A stretch of 64,000 bases of DNA from Dehalococcoidia bacterium (GTDB lineage Bacteria > Chloroflexota > Dehalococcoidia > Bin125). The notes below the pieces were generated by a model, which saw only the letters and a list, made by a program, of their open reading frames with translations, had not been told where the DNA came from and did no database searches. The translations under genes were made by a program, and so were the position numbers. The stretch's first letter is position 1, and the number at the start of each line of letters is the position of its first letter. The stretch spans positions 1,760,001 through 1,824,000 of the forward strand of contig OY820591.1 in NCBI GenBank assembly GCA_963555985.3, read 5' to 3'. Shown one piece after another: positions 20,190-29,468 of the stretch.

Positions 20190-21947
20190 ATGGCCCGCCG
20201 CAGCGTCTCCAGAACAATCGCCGAAGCCCGCCGCAGGCTCGCCGCCGAGTCGGGAGCGGTCGTCAAAGACTGGGGCGGACGCCTGCCGGTCGCGCTGGTC
20301 TACCCCAACTCCTACTACCTGGGCATGTCCAACCTCGGCCTGCAAACGATCTACGGCCTGCTCAACCAGCGAGCCGATGTCGTCTGCGAGCGAGCTTTCT
20401 ACGATCCGCCGCCGAAAACGGAGCGCGGCGACGACCGCTCGCTCGGCCCGGTCACGGTCGAATCACAACGGCCGTTAGCCGACTTTCCCGTCGTCGCCTA
20501 CACGCTCACCTACGAAATCGACTACTACCACGTCGTCCGCTCGTTGCAGGCCGCCGGCATTGCTCCGCTGAGCGTCGATCGCAGCGACGGCGATCCGCTC
20601 TTGATCGCCGGCGGCGCTGCCGTGATCACCAATCCGCTCCCGCTCGCCGACTGCTTCGACGCCTTCGTGATCGGAGAAGCCGAACCGATCCTCCAAGAGC
20701 TCATCGACACGCTGGCCGAGCACGCCTGGTCACCGCGCGCAGACCAACTCGAAGCGCTTGCGCAGATCCCGGGCGTCTACGTTCCCGCGATGGGCGCCGG
20801 CAACGGGGTAGAGCGCCAGTGGGTTCGCAACATCGGCACGACTGAGGCGATGTCGCTGGTGCTCACCGACGAGACCGAGTTTCAGCAGATGACGCTGATC
20901 GAAGCGGCGCGCGGCTGCGGTCGCGGCTGCCGCTTCTGCATCGCCGGCTACGTCTTCCGTCCCCCCCGCTACAGACCGTTGGAGTCGCTTCTAAACCAAG
21001 TGACCAGGGGGCTCGAGCGGACAGATCGCGTCGGACTGCTGGGCGCAGCTGTCGCCGATCATCCTCAACTCGCCGACCTCGCGGTCGCCGCCGACCGTAT
21101 GGGCGCGCGCGTCTCCGTCTCCTCCTTGCGCGTCGATAACCTCGCCCTGGAACTGCTGCAAGTGCTCGCCCGAGGCGGCACGCGCACGGTCACGCTCGCA
21201 CCCGAAGCCGGCTCCGAGCGAATGCGGAAGCGCATCAACAAAGAAGTCTCCGAAGAACAGATCCTGCTCGCCGCCGACCGCGTCGGCGAGGCGGCGATGC
21301 GCCGGCTCAAGCTCTACTTCATGATCGGCCTGCCCGACGAAGAGGAAGAAGACGTCGAGGCGATGGCGAATCTCGGTCTGGCCATCAAGGATCGCCTGGA
21401 CAGTCACGGCCACGGCACTGAACTCGTGATGAGCGTTGGCCCGCTCGTGCCCAAGCCGGCGACCGCCTATCAGGAGTTGCCCCAGTCAGAAGCCGCGCTC
21501 GTGCGCGACCGTCAGAAAATCCTCCAGCGCGCCTTTCGCGGTACCGGCATTCGTTTGCGCGGCGACTCGCCCACCTGGGCGCGGATCGATGACATCTGCT
21601 CACGCTCCGATCAGCGCTTGGCGCACGCCATCCTCGAGATGCAGCAACCCTCGGCAAGCGAATGGATGCGAGTCGCTGCCGAGTGGGGCCTGGACGGACC
21701 GCAACCCTGGGGCGGCGGCCCGATGCCCTGGTCGGCAGTCGAGACCGGGATCACCGCGCGCTTCTTCGAGCGCGAAATGGCGAAGCATCTGCGCGGTCGC
21801 TCCACGATCGCCTGCCCCCCGCCCGAGCTGGGCTGCAACATGTGCGGCGTCTGCGGCGGCGAAGAGATTCCCAGCTACTCGCCTCACGCTGTAGTGGGTC
21901 TTGAGCAGATCGGCGCAGCCCCAACCGAAGTCCCGCTCGGAGTGTGA
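20190..21947 (+). CDS. radical SAM protein (B12-binding-like N-terminus, C-terminal Cys motif), function unknown
   Basis: YPNSYYLGMSNLG start, CxxxCxxC (GCGRGCRFC), APEAGSER, YFMIGLP and C-terminal C-x6-CxxCGVC. Confidence 0.88.
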   Translation: MARRSVSRTIAEARRRLAAESGAVVKDWGGRLPVALVYPNSYYLGMSNLGLQTIYGLLNQRADVVCERAFYDPPPKTERGDDRSLGPVTVESQRPLADFPVVAYTLTYEIDYYHVVRSLQAAGIAPLSVDRSDGDPLLIAGGAAVITNPLPLADCFDAFVIGEAEPILQELIDTLAEHAWSPRADQLEALAQIPGVYVPAMGAGNGVERQWVRNIGTTEAMSLVLTDETEFQQMTLIEAARGCGRGCRFCIAGYVFRPPRYRPLESLLNQVTRGLERTDRVGLLGAAVADHPQLADLAVAADRMGARVSVSSLRVDNLALELLQVLARGGTRTVTLAPEAGSERMRKRINKEVSEEQILLAADRVGEAAMRRLKLYFMIGLPDEEEEDVEAMANLGLAIKDRLDSHGHGTELVMSVGPLVPKPATAYQELPQSEAALVRDRQKILQRAFRGTGIRLRGDSPTWARIDDICSRSDQRLAHAILEMQQPSASEWMRVAAEWGLDGPQPWGGGPMPWSAVETGITARFFEREMAKHLRGRSTIACPPPELGCNMCGVCGGEEIPSYSPHAVVGLEQIGAAPTEVPLGV

Positions 21948-22633
21948 TCGTGGCGCAGCTCTCCGTCGCCGGTGGCGTGGCCCAGCGACTACGCACGGTG
22001 CATCAGTCAATCGCCGAGGCCTGCCATACCGCCGACCGTGATCCGTCCGAGGTCAGACTGATCGCCGTCTCAAAGACCTTCCCAGCCGAGGCGATCGCTG
22101 AAGCCTACGACGCCGGACAGCGAGACTTCGGCGAGAATCGAGTGCAAGAGGGCCTGGCCAAGCTGGATCGCATCGCCGAACTGGGCCTGACAGACGCCCG
22201 CGTCCACCTGATCGGACATCTCCAGCGCAACAAAGCCCGCCACGCAGGAGCATTCGCCTCCGTGCAGTCGGTAGACAGCCTGCGCCTCGCGCAGGCAATC
22301 TCACGCCGCCTGGAAGCGCCGCTCCCGATCCTGCTGGAAGTGAATCTGGCTGCCGAAGAGTCAAAACAAGGCTTCGCCCCAGCTGAACTGGAACAGGCGA
22401 AAGCGGACATCCAAGACCTGCCCCACCTCGACGTGCAGGGACTCATGACCGTCCCACCGTTGGTTGACGACCCCGAACAGGTGCGTCCGCTGTTTCGGGA
22501 ACTGCGCCAATGGCGCGATCGTCTCGGACTGCGCGAACTCAGCATGGGCATGTCCAATGACTACGCTGTCGCCATCGAGGAAGGCGCGACGATGGTGCGA
22601 ATCGGCCGCGCCGTCTTTGGGGAGCGCGGATAA
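21944..22633 (+). CDS. yggS: pyridoxal phosphate homeostasis protein (YggS/PROSC)
   Basis: AVSK (PLP lysine), FGENRVQE, HLIGHLQRNK, SMGMSND and VRIG. Confidence 0.95.
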   Translation: MIVAQLSVAGGVAQRLRTVHQSIAEACHTADRDPSEVRLIAVSKTFPAEAIAEAYDAGQRDFGENRVQEGLAKLDRIAELGLTDARVHLIGHLQRNKARHAGAFASVQSVDSLRLAQAISRRLEAPLPILLEVNLAAEESKQGFAPAELEQAKADIQDLPHLDVQGLMTVPPLVDDPEQVRPLFRELRQWRDRLGLRELSMGMSNDYAVAIEEGATMVRIGRAVFGERG

Positions 22634-23433
22634 TGGGCGCGATCGCGGTCATCGGCGGAGGCACGATGGGCGCCACCTTCATCCGCGCCGTCACCTCCGC
22701 AAACCTGGCCTCCCACGCCGAAATCGCCGTCTGCGAAGCGCTGGACGCAAGACGCGCCTGGCTGACAGACGAGTTTGACGGGATCAACGTAACCGGCGAC
22801 TTCGCCCGCGCCATCCGCGACGCCGACGTGCTCTACCTCTCCGTCAAACCTCAAGACCTCTCCTCACTCCACCCGGGACTCCTCGATCCATCGCAGCTGG
22901 CGATCTCCATCCTCGCCGGATCAACAATGGCCAGCGTGCAAGCCGCCCTCGGACACGAACGAGTGATCCGCGCTATGCCCAACACTCCCGCCCAGATCGG
23001 GCGCGGCCTCACCGTCTGGACCGCCGCCGAATGTGTGACCCGGCAAGAACGCGAACGCACCCGAGAGCTGCTCGGCGCGATGGGCGTCGAAATCTACGCC
23101 GACGACGAGTCCATGATCGACAAGGCCACCGCCATCAACGGCTCCGGCCCGGCCTACGTCTTCCTCCTGATCGAAGCCATGATCAACGGCGCGGTCTCAA
23201 TCGGACTGCGCCCGGATGAGGCCCGTCGCATGGTCCTGGAGACCGTAATCGGTTCAGCCGAGTTCGTTTCACAATCAGGTGAACATCCCGCCGTACTGCG
23301 AGATATGGTGACATCACCGGCAGGCACCACCGCAGCCGGTGTCAGAGTGCTGGAGAATCGCGCCGTGCGCGCGGCCATGATCGAGGCAATTGCAGCGGCC
23401 CACGCCCGCGCCGAAGAGTTGGGACGAGCATGA
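22633..23433 (+). CDS. proC: pyrroline-5-carboxylate reductase
   Basis: GGGTMG, SVKPQ, RAMPNTP, GSGPAY and VTSPAGTT. Confidence 0.96.
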   Translation: MGAIAVIGGGTMGATFIRAVTSANLASHAEIAVCEALDARRAWLTDEFDGINVTGDFARAIRDADVLYLSVKPQDLSSLHPGLLDPSQLAISILAGSTMASVQAALGHERVIRAMPNTPAQIGRGLTVWTAAECVTRQERERTRELLGAMGVEIYADDESMIDKATAINGSGPAYVFLLIEAMINGAVSIGLRPDEARRMVLETVIGSAEFVSQSGEHPAVLRDMVTSPAGTTAAGVRVLENRAVRAAMIEAIAAAHARAEELGRA

Positions 23434-23696
23434 GCGAAGCGCTCAACATCATCGCCACCGTGCTCACGATCTACAGCTTCATCGTGCTCGCCCGAGTCCT
23501 GATGAGCTGGGTGCCGATGTTCACCGGCCGTCCGCTCGACCCTTCCAACCCACTGGTCAAGTTCCTGCTCGATGTAACCGAACCGATCATGGCCCCCGTT
23601 CGCCGCTACACGACCATCGGCATGATTGACCTCTCGCCCCTGGTCGTCCTGATCGGGCTACAGATCATCGCCGGCATCCTCCGCGGGGCTGCCTAA
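23430..23696 (+). CDS. YggT family membrane protein
   Basis: SWVP...VTEPIMAPVRR...IDLSPL pattern, directly following proC. Confidence 0.92.
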   Translation: MSEALNIIATVLTIYSFIVLARVLMSWVPMFTGRPLDPSNPLVKFLLDVTEPIMAPVRRYTTIGMIDLSPLVVLIGLQIIAGILRGAA

Positions 23697-23735
23697 CCGG
23701 AGGCTGACGAAATTGCGGCGGATCCGAACAAAGAG

Positions 23736-23769
23736 TTGACATTGACTCAAATCTGCCGTACATTCGTTC
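23736..23769 (+). promoter_or_regulatory. sigma70-type recA promoter with overlapping putative LexA (SOS) box
   Basis: TTGACA (23736-41), 17-nt spacer, TACATT (23759-64). GTAC-ATTC-GTTC (23758-69) matches the GAAC-N4-GTTC Gram-positive/Chloroflexi-type LexA box with one mismatch. Confidence 0.7.
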
Positions 23770-23828
23770 CGTGACGCCTCGGCAACCATCCACTTGAGGC
23801 GATCAGACGAGAACGAAAGGCGCAGGAC

Positions 23829-25046
23829 ATGATCGAGCCGATCGACCTGTTCACCGAGAAAGCGACGGAGCAGATGCCAAAGTCCGACACAACCAGCGAA
23901 TCCCTGCCAAGCGCTCAGGATCAAACGCCCGCCTCCGAGCCGCCGCCCGCCGTGACCGAGCTCTTGGGCGACATGGAACGCCGCTTTGGCGAAGGCTCGC
24001 TGATGCGGCTGGGCGACGCCACCGCCAGAATGACCGTCGCCGGAATCCCCACCGGCGCCCTCTCCCTCGATGTAGCGCTCGGAATCGGCGGACTCCCGCG
24101 CGGACGCATCGTCGAAATCTACGGCCCTGAAAGCGCCGGCAAGTCCACCGTCGCCCAGCACGTGATCGCCGAAGCCCAGCGACTTGGCGGCCAAGCAGCC
24201 TACATCGACGTCGAACACGCCCTCGATCCGGAGTTCGCCGAGCGCATCGGGATCGACACCACCTCACTGCTGGTCGCTCAACCGGACACCGGCGAACAAG
24301 CCCTGGAAATCGCCGAAGCGCTTGTCCGCAGCAACGCCATCGACGTGGTCGTGATCGACTCCGTCGCCGCGCTCGTGCCTCGCGCCGAGATCGAGGGCGA
24401 GATGGGCGATGTCCAGGTCGGCCTCCAGGCGCGCCTGATGTCACAGGCTCTGCGCAAGCTCACCGGCGTCGTCTCGCGCTCCAAGACCGTGCTGATCTTC
24501 ATCAACCAGCTGCGCGAAAAGGTCGGCATCGTCTTCGGCAACCCGGAGACCACACCCGGCGGACGTGCGCTCAAGTTCTACTCCTCCGTCCGGATCGAAC
24601 TGCGCCGCGCCGAAACGCTCAAAAACGGCCAGACCGTGATCGGCTCCCGCGTCAAGGCCAAGGTCGTCAAGAACAAAGTCGCCCCGCCCTTCCGCACCGC
24701 CGAGTTCGACCTCATGTTCACCACCAGCGAGTACGGCATCTCCAAGACCGGCTGCCTGCTCGACCTGGGCGTCGACGCCGCCCCGGGCGCGCCGACCGGA
24801 ACCGATCCGGTCATTCGCAAGATGGGCACCTTCTACTCCTACGGCGAACAGCGCCTGGGCCAGGGACGCGAGCGCTCAAAGGCGTTCATGCGCGAACACC
24901 CCGAGCTGGCCCAAGAGATTGAGCAGAAGATTCGCGAGCAGTTCGGCGTCCAGTCGGCGCCCGAGCTCACTCCCGCATCAACCGACGCCGCCTCGCCGAT
25001 CGAGAAACCCGCACCGCGCAAACGGGGACGCGCTCGCTCTGCCTAA
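23829..25046 (+). CDS. recA: recombinase RecA
   Basis: GPESAGKS Walker [26 protein letters not shown] and GGRALKFY. Confidence 0.98.
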   Translation: MIEPIDLFTEKATEQMPKSDTTSESLPSAQDQTPASEPPPAVTELLGDMERRFGEGSLMRLGDATARMTVAGIPTGALSLDVALGIGGLPRGRIVEIYGPESAGKSTVAQHVIAEAQRLGGQAAYIDVEHALDPEFAERIGIDTTSLLVAQPDTGEQALEIAEALVRSNAIDVVVIDSVAALVPRAEIEGEMGDVQVGLQARLMSQALRKLTGVVSRSKTVLIFINQLREKVGIVFGNPETTPGGRALKFYSSVRIELRRAETLKNGQTVIGSRVKAKVVKNKVAPPFRTAEFDLMFTTSEYGISKTGCLLDLGVDAAPGAPTGTDPVIRKMGTFYSYGEQRLGQGRERSKAFMREHPELAQEIEQKIREQFGVQSAPELTPASTDAASPIEKPAPRKRGRARSA

Positions 25047-25067
25047 CCGAGCAGCCGGAGCGACGAG

Positions 25068-25559
25068 ATGACTCTCGTGCTGGACATCCACCGCCGCGGA
25101 CCCGTCTGCGTCGTGCAGTTCGAGAACGCCGACGAACTGCATTGCACCCGCTCGTTCGCCCAGCGCATCCGCATCGGCCGCGGCCAACAGATCGAGCCCG
25201 CCCTGCTCGAGCGCCTGCGCGAGACCGCTGGAATCGAACTGGGCCTGGACCTGGCCCGTCGCCGGCTCGCGCACGGCCTCCACAGCCGCTCCGAGCTCAA
25301 CCAACGCCTGCTCGCAGCAGGCGTGCCCAGAGCCGCGGCAGCCGCCGCCCTCGATCAGCTCGAAGAACTCCACGAACTCGACGACGCGACCAGCGCACTA
25401 GCCCTGGCCCGCCTCAACCTCCGAGAGCGAGACGCCGACTGGCCCGCCTATCGAACTCGCTGCGGACGCCGCCTCCAACGACGCGGATTCGCCGCCCCCG
25501 AGATTGCAAAAGCCCTCAGCGCCGCCTGGTCGGAAGCCAACCAACCCCCCACCGACTAG
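25068..25559 (+). CDS. recX: regulatory protein RecX
   Basis: Immediately downstream of recA; HSRSELNQRL, LDD and RLQRRGF three-helix repeats; divergent sequence. Confidence 0.75.
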   Translation: MTLVLDIHRRGPVCVVQFENADELHCTRSFAQRIRIGRGQQIEPALLERLRETAGIELGLDLARRRLAHGLHSRSELNQRLLAAGVPRAAAAAALDQLEELHELDDATSALALARLNLRERDADWPAYRTRCGRRLQRRGFAAPEIAKALSAAWSEANQPPTD

Positions 25560-25682
25560 CGCATCGCACCCATTCGGCGGTAGGCTTGCAGTAGCTGACA
25601 ACGCCCCGCGCTGCACGGAAGACGCGGAGCGCCTATCTGGTAGCGCGCAAACCGATGCCGATCTACCTGAGTCGAGGACATT

Positions 25683-27161
25683 ATGTGGGGAGCCCTGATG
25701 CGGCTCCTGCGCGGTGGGCCCGATCCACGCGACGAGGCCCAACTCGAAGCCGAACGAATCCTCCAGCGAGCAGAGCAGGAGGCGCGTGAACGGCTTCTCG
25801 AAGCGCAGGAACAGGCCATTGCACAGCGTGATGAAGTTCTGACCGACGCCCGTGAGACACGTGCGGAGGCCCAACGGCTCGAAAGCCGCCTCATCCGGCG
25901 CGAAGAGTCGCTGGACGAGCGTCAGCGCAACCTCGAAAGCACCGAGCAGCGCCAACGCAAGCTCGAGCAGCGCCTGCAAAAGCGAGCCTCTCAGCTCGAT
26001 CAGCGCGAGGCCGAGCACGACCAGCGCCTCCAAGAGATCTCGAGCATGACCCGCGACGAAGCTCGCGCCATCCTCTTCGACCAGGTCGAGCAGGAAATCT
26101 CCGACGAGGCCGGCCGCCGCGTCCGCGAAGCCGAGCAGAAGGCCCGCGACGAAGCCGAGGAGCGCGCCCGCAAGATCGTCGCCACCGCCATTCAGCGCGT
26201 CGCCTCCGAAGTCACCACCGAATCCACCGTCTCCGTCGTCCAGATCCCTAACGACGAGATGAAAGGCCGCATCATCGGCCGCGAAGGACGCAACATCCGC
26301 GCCCTTGAAGCCGCCATCGGCTGCGATCTGATCATTGACGACACCCCCGACGTCGTCACCGTCTCCGGCTTCGACCCGGTCCGCCGCGAGGTCGGACGCC
26401 TCTCACTCAGCCGCCTCGTCGCCGACGGCCGCATCCACCCCTCTCGAATCGAGGAAACCGTCGCCAAAGCCCAGCGCGATGTTGACCGGATCGTCCGCGA
26501 CGCCGGCGAAGAAGCCGCCATCGAAGCCCATTGCAGCGGACTCCCCCGCGACATGCTCGACATCTTCGGGCGGCTCCGCTTCCGCACCAGCTACGGACAG
26601 AACCAGCTCCGCCACGCGGTCGAAACCGCCCACATCGGCGCGATGATCGCGCAGGAGATCCACGCCGATGTCGAGGTCACGCGGCGCGGGTCGCTCCTCC
26701 ACGACGTAGGCAAGGCGATCGACCACGAGGTCGAAGGAACTCACGCCATCATCGGCGGAGACCTCGCCCGCCGCTTCAAGATGTCCGAGGACATCGCCCA
26801 CTGCATTGAGGCCCACCACGATGAAGTCGAGCTGCGCACCGTCGAAGCGATCATCGTCCAAATGGCCGACGCCATCTCCGGCGGCAGACCGGGCGCGCGC
26901 CGCGAATCGGTCGAGCGCTACATCGAGCGCCTCCGCAGCCTCGAAGACATCGCCACCTCCTTCGGCGGCGTCGGTCAGGCCTACGCCATCCAAGCCGGAC
27001 GCGAAGTCCGCGTGATCGTCGATCCCCGCGAAGTCGACGACCTCGGCTCTATGCGCCTCGCCCGCGACATCTCCAAGAAGATCGAAGAAACCTTGCAGTA
27101 CCCGGGCCAGATCCGAGTCACCGTTCTCCGCGAAACCCGAGCCGCCGAGTACGCGCGCTAG
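25683..27161 (+). CDS. rny: ribonuclease Y
   Basis: Coiled coil, KH domain ([14 protein letters not shown]), HD domain (LLHDVGK) and YAIQAGRE. Confidence 0.96.
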   Translation: MWGALMRLLRGGPDPRDEAQLEAERILQRAEQEARERLLEAQEQAIAQRDEVLTDARETRAEAQRLESRLIRREESLDERQRNLESTEQRQRKLEQRLQKRASQLDQREAEHDQRLQEISSMTRDEARAILFDQVEQEISDEAGRRVREAEQKARDEAEERARKIVATAIQRVASEVTTESTVSVVQIPNDEMKGRIIGREGRNIRALEAAIGCDLIIDDTPDVVTVSGFDPVRREVGRLSLSRLVADGRIHPSRIEETVAKAQRDVDRIVRDAGEEAAIEAHCSGLPRDMLDIFGRLRFRTSYGQNQLRHAVETAHIGAMIAQEIHADVEVTRRGSLLHDVGKAIDHEVEGTHAIIGGDLARRFKMSEDIAHCIEAHHDEVELRTVEAIIVQMADAISGGRPGARRESVERYIERLRSLEDIATSFGGVGQAYAIQAGREVRVIVDPREVDDLGSMRLARDISKKIEETLQYPGQIRVTVLRETRAAEYAR

Positions 27162-27173
27162 CGATCGGAACCA

Positions 27174-28037
27174 ATGCCGCCGCTCGACCTCCACACCCAC
27201 AGCACCCGCTCCGACGGAGTCAAATCACCAAGCTGGGTCATCCGCCGAGCCGCAGCCAACGGCGCCAACACCATCGCTCTCACCGACCACGACACCCTCG
27301 CCGGAGTCCCCGAAGCAATCCGCGCCGGGCGCGAACATGGCCTGCGCATAATCGCCGGCGTCGAACTCGGCGTACATACCGACGCGCTCGGCGAACTCCA
27401 CGTCCTCGGCTACTTCCCCGCAGTCAACGATCCCTCCGATCCTCGTCTCTTCCAGTTCGAGCGCCAACTGGCCATATACCGCGACGACCGAGACGCTCGT
27501 GCCGAGTCGATCATCGAGCGCCTGGCCGAACTGGGCTGCCCAATCGAGCTCGCCCGCGTCAAGCACTTCGCCAGCGACGGCTCCGTCGGCCGCCCCCACA
27601 TCGCCAGAGCCGTAGTGGAAGCAGGTCACGTGGAGTCCGTCCAAGAAGCGTTCGACCGCTACCTCCACGATCACGGACCCGCTTATGTCGCCCGAGAACT
27701 GCTCAGCCTCGAAGCCTCGATCCAGTTGATCCACGATGCCGGCGGCTTGGCTTCTCTCGCCCACCCCTCGAGATACCGCGAGCCGGACGCTGCAATCGAC
27801 GAGTTCGCCGCCTCAGGCGGCGACGCCATCGAGGTCTACTACCGCAACGACGACCGCGAGACGATCGCCCGCGGCGAGCAGAAGGCCCGTCAGCGCCGCT
27901 TGCTGATGACCGTCGGCTCCGACTGGCACGGCCTCCACGAGGGAGAATCCGAACCTGCGACCGTTGCCGTCCCAGCCGAAGCTGTGGAGCGGCTATTGGC
28001 CGCGTTCGCAACCTTGGAAGCGGAGCCGATCCGATGA
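27174..28037 (+). CDS. PHP domain phosphoesterase (TrpH/YciV-like)
   Basis: DLHTHS..SDG, LTDHD, GRPHIA, AHP and GSDWHG. Confidence 0.92.
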   Translation: MPPLDLHTHSTRSDGVKSPSWVIRRAAANGANTIALTDHDTLAGVPEAIRAGREHGLRIIAGVELGVHTDALGELHVLGYFPAVNDPSDPRLFQFERQLAIYRDDRDARAESIIERLAELGCPIELARVKHFASDGSVGRPHIARAVVEAGHVESVQEAFDRYLHDHGPAYVARELLSLEASIQLIHDAGGLASLAHPSRYREPDAAIDEFAASGGDAIEVYYRNDDRETIARGEQKARQRRLLMTVGSDWHGLHEGESEPATVAVPAEAVERLLAAFATLEAEPIR

Positions 28038-28486
28038 GCGAAACCCAACTCGACATCCGCGCCATTCAGCGCATCATCCCCCACCGCTTCCCCATCCTCC
28101 TGATCGACCGCATCATCGAACTCGAACCCGGCAAGCGCGCCGTCGCGCTCAAGAATGTCACCGTCAACGAGTGGTTCTTCGAAGGCCACTTCCCGGGCAA
28201 CCCGATTATGCCCGGAGTCCTGATCGTCGAAGCCCTCGCCCAAACCGGAGCTGTCGCCGCCCTCAGCGCCGATCAATTCGCCGGCAAACTCGGCCTCTTC
28301 GCCGGCATCGACAACCTCCGCTTCCGCCGCCAGGTCGTCCCCGGAGATCAACTCCGCCTAGAGGTCACGATGGAGCGCCTCCGAGGCCCCATCGGCCGAG
28401 CCAGCGCCCAAGCCACGGTCGACGGCGAACTGGCCTGCGAAGGCCGCCTCACCTTCGCCCTCGTCGACCCGCCCGAAGACGACTAG
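28034..28486 (+). CDS. fabZ: 3-hydroxyacyl-ACP dehydratase
   Basis: [31 protein letters not shown] and VVPGD. Confidence 0.96.
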   Translation: MSETQLDIRAIQRIIPHRFPILLIDRIIELEPGKRAVALKNVTVNEWFFEGHFPGNPIMPGVLIVEALAQTGAVAALSADQFAGKLGLFAGIDNLRFRRQVVPGDQLRLEVTMERLRGPIGRASAQATVDGELACEGRLTFALVDPPEDD

Positions 28487-28525
28487 CAACCTACAACACC
28501 CGCGAAAGCCTCACCCGTACTCACT

Positions 28526-28864
28526 CCGTCATTCCCGCGCTCCGTCGCGGGAATCTCGCCGAGTCCTGCACCGCCGTCTCACTCGGAAGCAATCCCCTGC
28601 ACTGAATCGCTCAGCTGCATCTGGCTGCTGTGCCGCTCACAGAGACCGATGCATAGCCCTTGTTCCGTCATTCCCGCGAAAGGAGGCCTTTGCAAAACGG
28701 CCATTTCCGTCATTCCAGGCTTGACCTGGAATCTCGTTCGGAGTTCGGTCTATCTGGTCGGGCGAGATTCCAGCTTTCGCTGGAATGACGAGCTCAGCCG
28801 ATCGCGGGGTTATGCATCGGTCCCTCACAGCGAGATACCCGCGGCAAGCGCGGGTATGACGGAG
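28526..28864. repeat. composite cluster of about five REP-like family A palindromes with a nested inverted repeat
   Basis: GTCATTCC/GGAATCTCG-type units at about 28526, 28665, 28707, 28763 and 28831. An imperfect 17-bp inverted repeat (28642-28658 with 28808-28824) brackets the inner units. Confidence 0.8.
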
Positions 28865-28909
28865 TCCAGGAGTGGGGACTGCAAGGACATGCTCAATACG
28901 AACACACTC

Positions 28910-29275
28910 TTAAAACGTAATCGCCGCCCACAGCGCCAACACCAACGTCACCGCAGTTACCGTCGTAATCGCAACCCACTTCAGGTCGCCCCGCACATAG
29001 TGAAAATCATGCATCGCCGCCGCCGCCCGCGCCCGCCGATCCTGACGCTCCGCCCCCGTCGGACTCGAACGCCTGCCCTGGGCCGGCGTGCCCGCAAGCT
29101 CCGGGCGTCCCCGCACCTGCACATTGCCCCGCATCGAAGCATTCGCAGGCGCATTCGCCGCTCCGGGCTGCGCCGTTGGCAAACGGTCGGCCTGTGCGCG
29201 CCTGCCGCGCTGTCGCCGCGCCGCCTGCTGAGGCCGGTTCGCCCCGCCCCGTCCGCGTCGTGATCCTCGTGCCAT
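28910..29275 (-). CDS. small Arg-rich protein with C-terminal TM helix (hypothetical)
   Basis: GGAGG RBS, basic N-terminus, DFHYVRGDLKWVAI segment then one TM helix. Confidence 0.65.
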   Translation of the reverse strand: MARGSRRGRGGANRPQQAARRQRGRRAQADRLPTAQPGAANAPANASMRGNVQVRGRPELAGTPAQGRRSSPTGAERQDRRARAAAAMHDFHYVRGDLKWVAITTVTAVTLVLALWAAITF

Positions 29276-29369
29276 CTGTCGCCTCCGTCACCATCCTATC
29301 CGCGCACGACCGCCAATGCGAGCGCTCCCCTATTGCCGATCCTCCCCGAGGCGGCTAGGCTGAACGCAC

Positions 29370-29446
29370 GGCCCCGTGGTGTAGCGGCCTAACACGCCAC
29401 CCTGTCAAGGTGGAGACCGGCGGTTCGAATCCGCTCGGGGTCGCCA
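29370..29446 (+). tRNA. tRNA-Asp (GTC)
   Basis: Cloverleaf with GGCCCCG/CGGGGTC acceptor stem, CCACC-CTGTCAA-GGTGG anticodon arm, TTCGAAT T-loop and encoded CCA. Confidence 0.97.
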
Positions 29447-29468
29447 CCCAACCCTCCCTCGGTTCTCC

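Noticed and set aside
28526-28864. Possible CRISPR array
   Set aside because: Units are degenerate, in both orientations and irregularly spaced, and there are no cas genes; the pattern is REP-like.
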